From: Alphaproteobacteria bacterium
GTDB taxonomy: Bacteria > Pseudomonadota > Alphaproteobacteria > UBA2966
Assembly (NCBI GenBank): GCA_964291395.2
Contig: OZ219856.1
Coordinates: forward strand, 1,248,001-1,312,000
DNA: 64,000 bases
Direction of reading: 5' to 3'
Below the pieces are notes generated by a model. That model did not search any database and was not told where the DNA came from. It saw only the letters and a list, made by a program, of their open reading frames with translations. Positions 58,915 to 64,000 of the stretch are shown here, one piece after another. The first letter of the stretch is position 1. Every line of letters starts with the position of its first letter. The position numbers were made by a program, and so were the translations under genes.

Positions 58915-60981
58915 TCAGGTCCTCTCGGACGGTCCGTTCGCGAGCGGCAGGTCCGATGCGGTGCGCCGTCGCAGGAGGCGCAGGTGCACGAGGCTTCCTT
59001 CCGCGACCCGCAGTTGCCGCCGACCCCACGAATCCAGCGAAACCGTGTTCGCCGGCATCTCGTCCGTGGTGCGCACCCAGCCTCGCAACGGTACGGGGAC
59101 GTCGCCCAGGATTTCGACCAGGTCATCGTCGCGCAGATCCATATATGCCGCGCTCTTGGGGTGGATGCGGAACACGCGGTGGCGGCCGAGGCCGCCGACG
59201 CAGGATTCGTGCTCTCCAACCACGGTCAGGTCATGCCGATCCGGTTGAGCGGTCATTCGCAGGGACTCGGTGGCCTTGGCATCGAGGTCTCCCGCGTCGG
59301 ATACGACGACACCGTACACGTCGCGGGCTACCGTGGTAGAGAGAAACCCGTCCGCAACGTCCGCGGCCACGAGTTCCGGTTCCCTCTCGTGGGGAACTCC
59401 GTAGCCGCCGCCGCCCGCCGTACGGGCTACCACGACGTCGTCCCGGGACAGGGGGACACCGCTCGCTTTACCCGGCGTGGCGAGGGGGATGACCTGGCCG
59501 TTTGACCGGATACCGTAGGCGTTGGGTTCGCCGCTGGTGCCTCCGAGCACGCCGAACGGCGGCACGATGGCCCGGTCCGACACCAGCGAGAACGTCGCCT
59601 GCCGGCTGAGAGCCTTGATCTCGAGTTGGAGGCCGAACCCGCCGCGTCGGCGCCCGTGGCCGCATGAATCGGTGCGGATCTCCTCGCGCACGACCTCCAG
59701 CGGAAAATGCACCTCGATAGCCTCAGCGGGCAGGATCGGTTGGTTATCGGCCCAGTCAACGGTTCCGAATACGGAGGACCCGTCGTGTTCCACGAAACCG
59801 CCGGAGCCGCCGACCGGAACCTCGTAGAAGACGTAGTTGCGCCCGGTGCTGTCGTCGACACCCCCGATCAACGTGTGGTTGGACGTCCCCTGCATGTCGC
59901 CCGCCATGCGCTCGGGCATCGCCACCGCGAGCGCGGCCGCGGTCAGGGTGATCGTGCGGCGACGGATCTCCGCGTGGGCGCCGCAGGGCACGGGTGGGAT
60001 GGCGTTGACGACGGTACCGGGCGCAGCCGTGAAAGTGAGAGGCGCGAAGATGCCCTGGTTGATCGGGTCCTCGGGATCGAAGAAGGCCTTGAGCGCGATC
60101 ACCGCGCCGGCGGCGCTGACGGCGAGGGAAGCGTTGACCACGCCGGCGACCTGCTCCGAAGAGCCCGAGAAGTCGATGTGTATGGTGTCGTTCTCTACGG
60201 TCAGCGCGAGACGGAGAAGCACGGGGTCGAAGACGCCGTCGTGATAGAACTCGAGATAGTCCTCGGCGTAGTAGGTCCCGTTTGGAAGTGCGCGGATATG
60301 CTCGCGTGTGCGGCTCTCGGTCCGCTCGACATTGCGGTCGACGCAGGCGATGACGTTCTCGAGACCGTGACGGTCAAGGATTTCCTGGGCGCGGCTCTCC
60401 GCCACGCGGCAGGTTGACAGCATGGCGCGAAAATCACCCTTCCGGTTCTCGGGCACCCGCATGTTGTTGAACACGAGGTCCAGCGTGGCCTGGTTGGGCT
60501 CGCCTCTCTCGTAGATCCTGATCGGAGGAATGCGCATGCCTTCCTGCAGGATCTCGGTCGCCAGGCCGGACATGCTGCCGGGCACCATGCCGCCGACGTC
60601 ATCCCAGTGCGAGCGATTGGCGGCGAAAAAGACCAGTTCGCGGTCATCGAAGATCGGGTAGAGCATGGTGACGTCATTGAGATGCGTCCCGCCCCTGTAG
60701 GCGTCGTTCATCAGAAAGATGTCACCGGGGTTCACATCATCGCCAAAGGTCTCCAGGATCGCCTCGACGGTCCAGGGCATCGGCACCACATGGACCGGCA
60801 GGTCTTCCCGCGATTGAGCGACCAGGCGACCCTTGCCGTCGAACAGCGCGCACGAGAAATCCTTCATCTCGGTGATGGTCACGGAATAGGCGGTACGGAT
60901 CATGGTCGCGCGCATCTCGCGCACGATGGCGATCAACCGTTCGGTGACGACTTCGACGGTGATGGGATCGAGTTCGCTCAT
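58915..60981 (-). CDS. Hydantoinase B/oxoprolinase subunit with C-terminal extension
   Basis: RTAYSVTITEMKDFSCA, NDAYRGGTHLND, HWDDVGG..PGS, QEGMRIPP, TAGGGGYG. Confidence 0.92.
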   Translation of the reverse strand: MSELDPITVEVVTERLIAIVREMRATMIRTAYSVTITEMKDFSCALFDGKGRLVAQSREDLPVHVVPMPWTVEAILETFGDDVNPGDIFLMNDAYRGGTHLNDVTMLYPIFDDRELVFFAANRSHWDDVGGMVPGSMSGLATEILQEGMRIPPIRIYERGEPNQATLDLVFNNMRVPENRKGDFRAMLSTCRVAESRAQEILDRHGLENVIACVDRNVERTESRTREHIRALPNGTYYAEDYLEFYHDGVFDPVLLRLALTVENDTIHIDFSGSSEQVAGVVNASLAVSAAGAVIALKAFFDPEDPINQGIFAPLTFTAAPGTVVNAIPPVPCGAHAEIRRRTITLTAAALAVAMPERMAGDMQGTSNHTLIGGVDDSTGRNYVFYEVPVGGSGGFVEHDGSSVFGTVDWADNQPILPAEAIEVHFPLEVVREEIRTDSCGHGRRRGGFGLQLEIKALSRQATFSLVSDRAIVPPFGVLGGTSGEPNAYGIRSNGQVIPLATPGKASGVPLSRDDVVVARTAGGGGYGVPHEREPELVAADVADGFLSTTVARDVYGVVVSDAGDLDAKATESLRMTAQPDRHDLTVVGEHESCVGGLGRHRVFRIHPKSAAYMDLRDDDLVEILGDVPVPLRGWVRTTDEMPANTVSLDSWGRRQLRVAEGSLVHLRLLRRRTASDLPLANGPSERT

Positions 60982-63014
60982 TTCTCTCCGACCTCAAGCC
61001 GGAGATTACCCTGCTGATCCACGCGCAGCACATCGGAGGGCCAGACCACCGTGGTGGATCCCGTCTCTTCGACGATCGACGGTCCTCTGATCTCCGAACC
61101 CTGGAGCAGGTCGTCCCGCGCGTAGACGGGACAGTCCAAAGCGCGTCCGCGAAAATAGACGAGGCGCGTCCCACGGGGTTTCGCGGATGCCTCTTCTGGC
61201 GTTGCGAAACGGACGTCCAATGGATCGACCGGCAATGCCGCCGAGACCCGCACGTTCACGAGCTCCACCGGCTCGTCGGCATCCGAGTGACCGAAGGTGG
61301 CTTCGTGGGCGGCATGGAATTCCGCGGCGAGTACCATGGGATCCGGCGAGGCCGCTCCACACTTGAGATTGAGCGTGGATGACTGCCCGACGTAGCGCAC
61401 GTCGACAGATTGTTCGAATTCGAGATTCGCGATGGGCAAACGATCAGCCTCGAACTCACGCAAACCGTCGGCCTGAAGCCCGGAAAAGGCAGCCGTCAGT
61501 TCCGGCGTTTCCATGTCCTCGAGACGGCGCACCATGGTCCGCACGAAGTCCCGTTTCAGCGGCGAAACGAGAAGACCCAGGGCCGAGAGATTGCCCGGGT
61601 GAGGCGGGATCAAGACCGAGGTCATCCCGAGTTCACCGGCGAGCTCGGACGCGAACATGGGTCCTGCGCCGCCGTAGGCGAGCAGCACGAAGTCACGCGG
61701 ATCGTGACCGCGGTATACAGACACCTCTCGGATCGTGCCCGCCATCTTTACCGTTGCCAAGTGAACGATTCCTTCTGCCAGTTCTATGGTGTTCAGATCC
61801 GGAAAGGACTCCTTCAGGCGGTCGACGGCGGCTTTCGCTAGATCGGGATGGAGCGCGATTTCGCCTGACAACCGGTCGTCGGCGCTGAGACGGTTGAGCA
61901 GAAGATTCGCGTCGGTGACCGTGGGGGCCTCGCCACCATGTCCGTAGCAGGCCGGGCCGGGTCGCGCGCCGGCGCTCTCGGGCCCAACCCGCAGCGTCTT
62001 ACCGGTAACGTTGGCGATGCTGCCGCCGCCGGCTCCCACGGTGACGAGATCCACCTGGGGAATACGGGTGGGATATCCGCCGATGCGGCCTTCGGTCGTG
62101 TGCCGGATCTCCCCGTCCTTGATCAAGGCCACGTCCGTGCTGGTCCCGCCCATATCACAGGTAATGATGTTGGCGATGCCCGCGTCATGGGCGATGGTCC
62201 GCGCGCCGGCGACGCCGCCGGCAGGTCCCGACAGGATGGTGGCCGCGGGGAGTTGGCGAGCACCTCGCGCTGTCATGACTCCGCCGCTCGAATGCATGAC
62301 CAGCAGTGGATGAGCGTAGCCCCCGTCCGCTAAGCATTCCTCGACGGAGCCCAAGTAACGGTCCATCACAGGGGCAACCGCCGCATTCAACACCGTGGTG
62401 CTGAAGCGTTCGTATTCGCGGTATTCCGGAGTCACCGACGACGACGTCGAAATCGGAACGTCGCCAACCATGTCGGCAAGCATGTCTTTTGCGGCTTCTT
62501 CGTTCGCACGGTTGGCGTAAGCGTGAAGAAAGCATATGGCCCAGGCGTCATAGGACGCCGGGTCACAGGACGCGAGCGCCGCGCGCAAGCTCCTGGCGTC
62601 GATCGTACGGCCGATCGTGCCGTCCGCATGGGTGCGCTCGGCGACCTCGAAACGAGCCGGCCGCGGGATCAGGGGTGGCGGCTTCACGAGCTTGAGGTCG
62701 TAGAGCTTCGTGCGTTCGCCGCGACCGATTTCGATGATGTCGCGAAATCCTTCGGTGGTAAGCAAGGCTACGCGGCTTCCCTTGCCTTCGAGGATGGCGT
62801 TCGTCGCAACAGTCGTGCCGTGCAGCACACGCCCGACCTGGGTCAGCGGGGTTCCTACCTTGGCCAACGCGTTCATGAAGGCGATGGACTGGTTTCTCGG
62901 GTCCGAGGGAACCTTGGCGACCAGCGCCCGCCGATCAACGTGATCGAACAACACGACATCCGTGAAGGTGCCGCCTACGTCGACACCGACGGAAAAGGAA
63001 TTCGAGCCCATCAT
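60978..63014 (-). CDS. Hydantoinase A/oxoprolinase subunit
   Basis: GVDVGGTFTD, HGTTVATNA, SGPAGG, DMGGTSTDV, GAGGGS, PTVTDAN. ATGA-coupled on both sides. Confidence 0.93.
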   Translation of the reverse strand: MMGSNSFSVGVDVGGTFTDVVLFDHVDRRALVAKVPSDPRNQSIAFMNALAKVGTPLTQVGRVLHGTTVATNAILEGKGSRVALLTTEGFRDIIEIGRGERTKLYDLKLVKPPPLIPRPARFEVAERTHADGTIGRTIDARSLRAALASCDPASYDAWAICFLHAYANRANEEAAKDMLADMVGDVPISTSSSVTPEYREYERFSTTVLNAAVAPVMDRYLGSVEECLADGGYAHPLLVMHSSGGVMTARGARQLPAATILSGPAGGVAGARTIAHDAGIANIITCDMGGTSTDVALIKDGEIRHTTEGRIGGYPTRIPQVDLVTVGAGGGSIANVTGKTLRVGPESAGARPGPACYGHGGEAPTVTDANLLLNRLSADDRLSGEIALHPDLAKAAVDRLKESFPDLNTIELAEGIVHLATVKMAGTIREVSVYRGHDPRDFVLLAYGGAGPMFASELAGELGMTSVLIPPHPGNLSALGLLVSPLKRDFVRTMVRRLEDMETPELTAAFSGLQADGLREFEADRLPIANLEFEQSVDVRYVGQSSTLNLKCGAASPDPMVLAAEFHAAHEATFGHSDADEPVELVNVRVSAALPVDPLDVRFATPEEASAKPRGTRLVYFRGRALDCPVYARDDLLQGSEIRGPSIVEETGSTTVVWPSDVLRVDQQGNLRLEVGEK

Positions 63015-64000
63015 CGAATCCCCGCAGCCGCCTGGTAGGCGCCCGGGGCGGGCATGGGGTCCAGTCGTCGCTCGATCCAGTCCGCGACCTCGATGAGGCG
63101 CGTTTCCTTGAAGGGTCCGGCCACGACCTGCAGACCCACGGGCAGGCCCTCGTCCCCCAGTCCGACGGGAACCGTGAAACAGGGCCAGCCCAAGATTGTC
63201 CACGGTGTCTGGCACAGGCGGGGACCGATGGTGCTCCGGTCCGGCGCGACCTCCGACGTCGAGGGCAGGACGAAACCGTCGACGCCCTTGAGTAGGGCCT
63301 CGAACTGGAGACGGACGCGGTGCCGGAGGCGCTGGGTGTGAATGTAAGCCGTCGCCGGGACGGCCGACCCGATATCGAGCTGTGACAACAGGCCAGGCGC
63401 AAAGTGCTCGCGATGCTTGGCCATGTTGCTCATCTGGGTCGAGGAAGCCTCGGTGATCAGGATCACGGTGTGCAGCGAGATCAGAAGCTCCAACCGCACC
63501 GGCAGTCGCGTCCGGCGAATCTCGGCGCCCGCCGTCGCGAGGCGGTCGACGGCGGCAGAGACGTGCCGGGTGACGTCGTCGCTGGACAGGTCAAAGAAGT
63601 CCTCACATAGAAGCAGGCGCGGAGGACGGTCCGTAGGTGCGGCGGGGAGCTTGAAACCGGTCCGTTTCTGGGTGGCCCGGTCTCGCTGGTCCGGACCGGA
63701 AATCGTCGCCCCGAACAATGCCGCGTCCGTAACACTCCGTCCCATGACGCCGATCATGTCGAAGGAATAGGAGCGCGGCAGAAGACCGTGGCGACTCACG
63801 CGACCGAAGGTCGGCGTGAAGCCAACGACTCCCATGTAGCTGGCGGGCCGGATAACCGAGCCGCCGGTCTGGGTGCCGAGGGTGATGGGCACCATACGGT
63901 CGGCGACGGCTGCGGCGGAGCCGCTCGAGGAGCCGCTGGCCGTCCGATCGGGATCCCATGGATTGTACGTCCGCGACGGATCGCGGCCGGCGAACTGAGT
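63011..64000 (-). CDS. Amidase signature family enzyme (5' end outside window)
   Basis: Frame open to the window edge: NPWDPDRTASGSSSGSAAAVA, GTQTGGSVIRPAS, GLPVGLQ. Confidence 0.92.
   Translation of the reverse strand, partial: TQFAGRDPSRTYNPWDPDRTASGSSSGSAAAVADRMVPITLGTQTGGSVIRPASYMGVVGFTPTFGRVSRHGLLPRSYSFDMIGVMGRSVTDAALFGATISGPDQRDRATQKRTGFKLPAAPTDRPPRLLLCEDFFDLSSDDVTRHVSAAVDRLATAGAEIRRTRLPVRLELLISLHTVILITEASSTQMSNMAKHREHFAPGLLSQLDIGSAVPATAYIHTQRLRHRVRLQFEALLKGVDGFVLPSTSEVAPDRSTIGPRLCQTPWTILGWPCFTVPVGLGDEGLPVGLQVVAGPFKETRLIEVADWIERRLDPMPAPGAYQAAAGIR

Noticed and set aside
63015-63215. N-terminal extension of the hydantoinase A ORF
   Set aside because: It overlaps the amidase C-terminus. 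ATGA coupling at 63011-63014 gives the likely start.

Overview
High-GC alphaproteobacterial chromosome segment, with gene order resembling Rhodospirillales-type genomes (inference). It has four zones. (1) 1-4.0 kb: phoR-pstS-pstC-pstA with a Pho box. (2) About 4.2-36 kb: an accessory catabolic block that starts at a decayed higA and has no recognisable transcription regulator. It holds a TPR protein plus Rieske oxygenase, orphan binding proteins, YghU, a split ADP-forming acyl-CoA synthetase, a Ser/Cys proline-racemase homologue, a biotin carboxylase set with two carboxyltransferases, SbmA, a TRAP transporter interrupted by a sphingosine-1-phosphate-lyase-like gene, and a divergon pairing a citrate-lyase-like SucCD paralogue and lactonase with TauD/SDR/RraA. 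(3) 36-58.8 kb: core genes (M23 peptidase-bactofilin, bcp, glnE, YhdP-like, tyrS, anmK, cysE, cysteine desulfurase, DEAD-box helicase, parE, glnB-glnA with sigma54/NtrC-like sites). (4) 58.9-64 kb: amidase plus hydantoinase/oxoprolinase A and B. A 33-bp palindromic repeat occurs three times, and two copies begin at a gene's TAG stop. I found no rRNA, tRNA, CRISPR array, transposase or prophage. All calls come from motif recognition by eye, not database searches. The best candidates for an undescribed system are the 29.4-35.2 kb CoA-ligase/aldolase divergon and the TRAP plus S1P-lyase locus.
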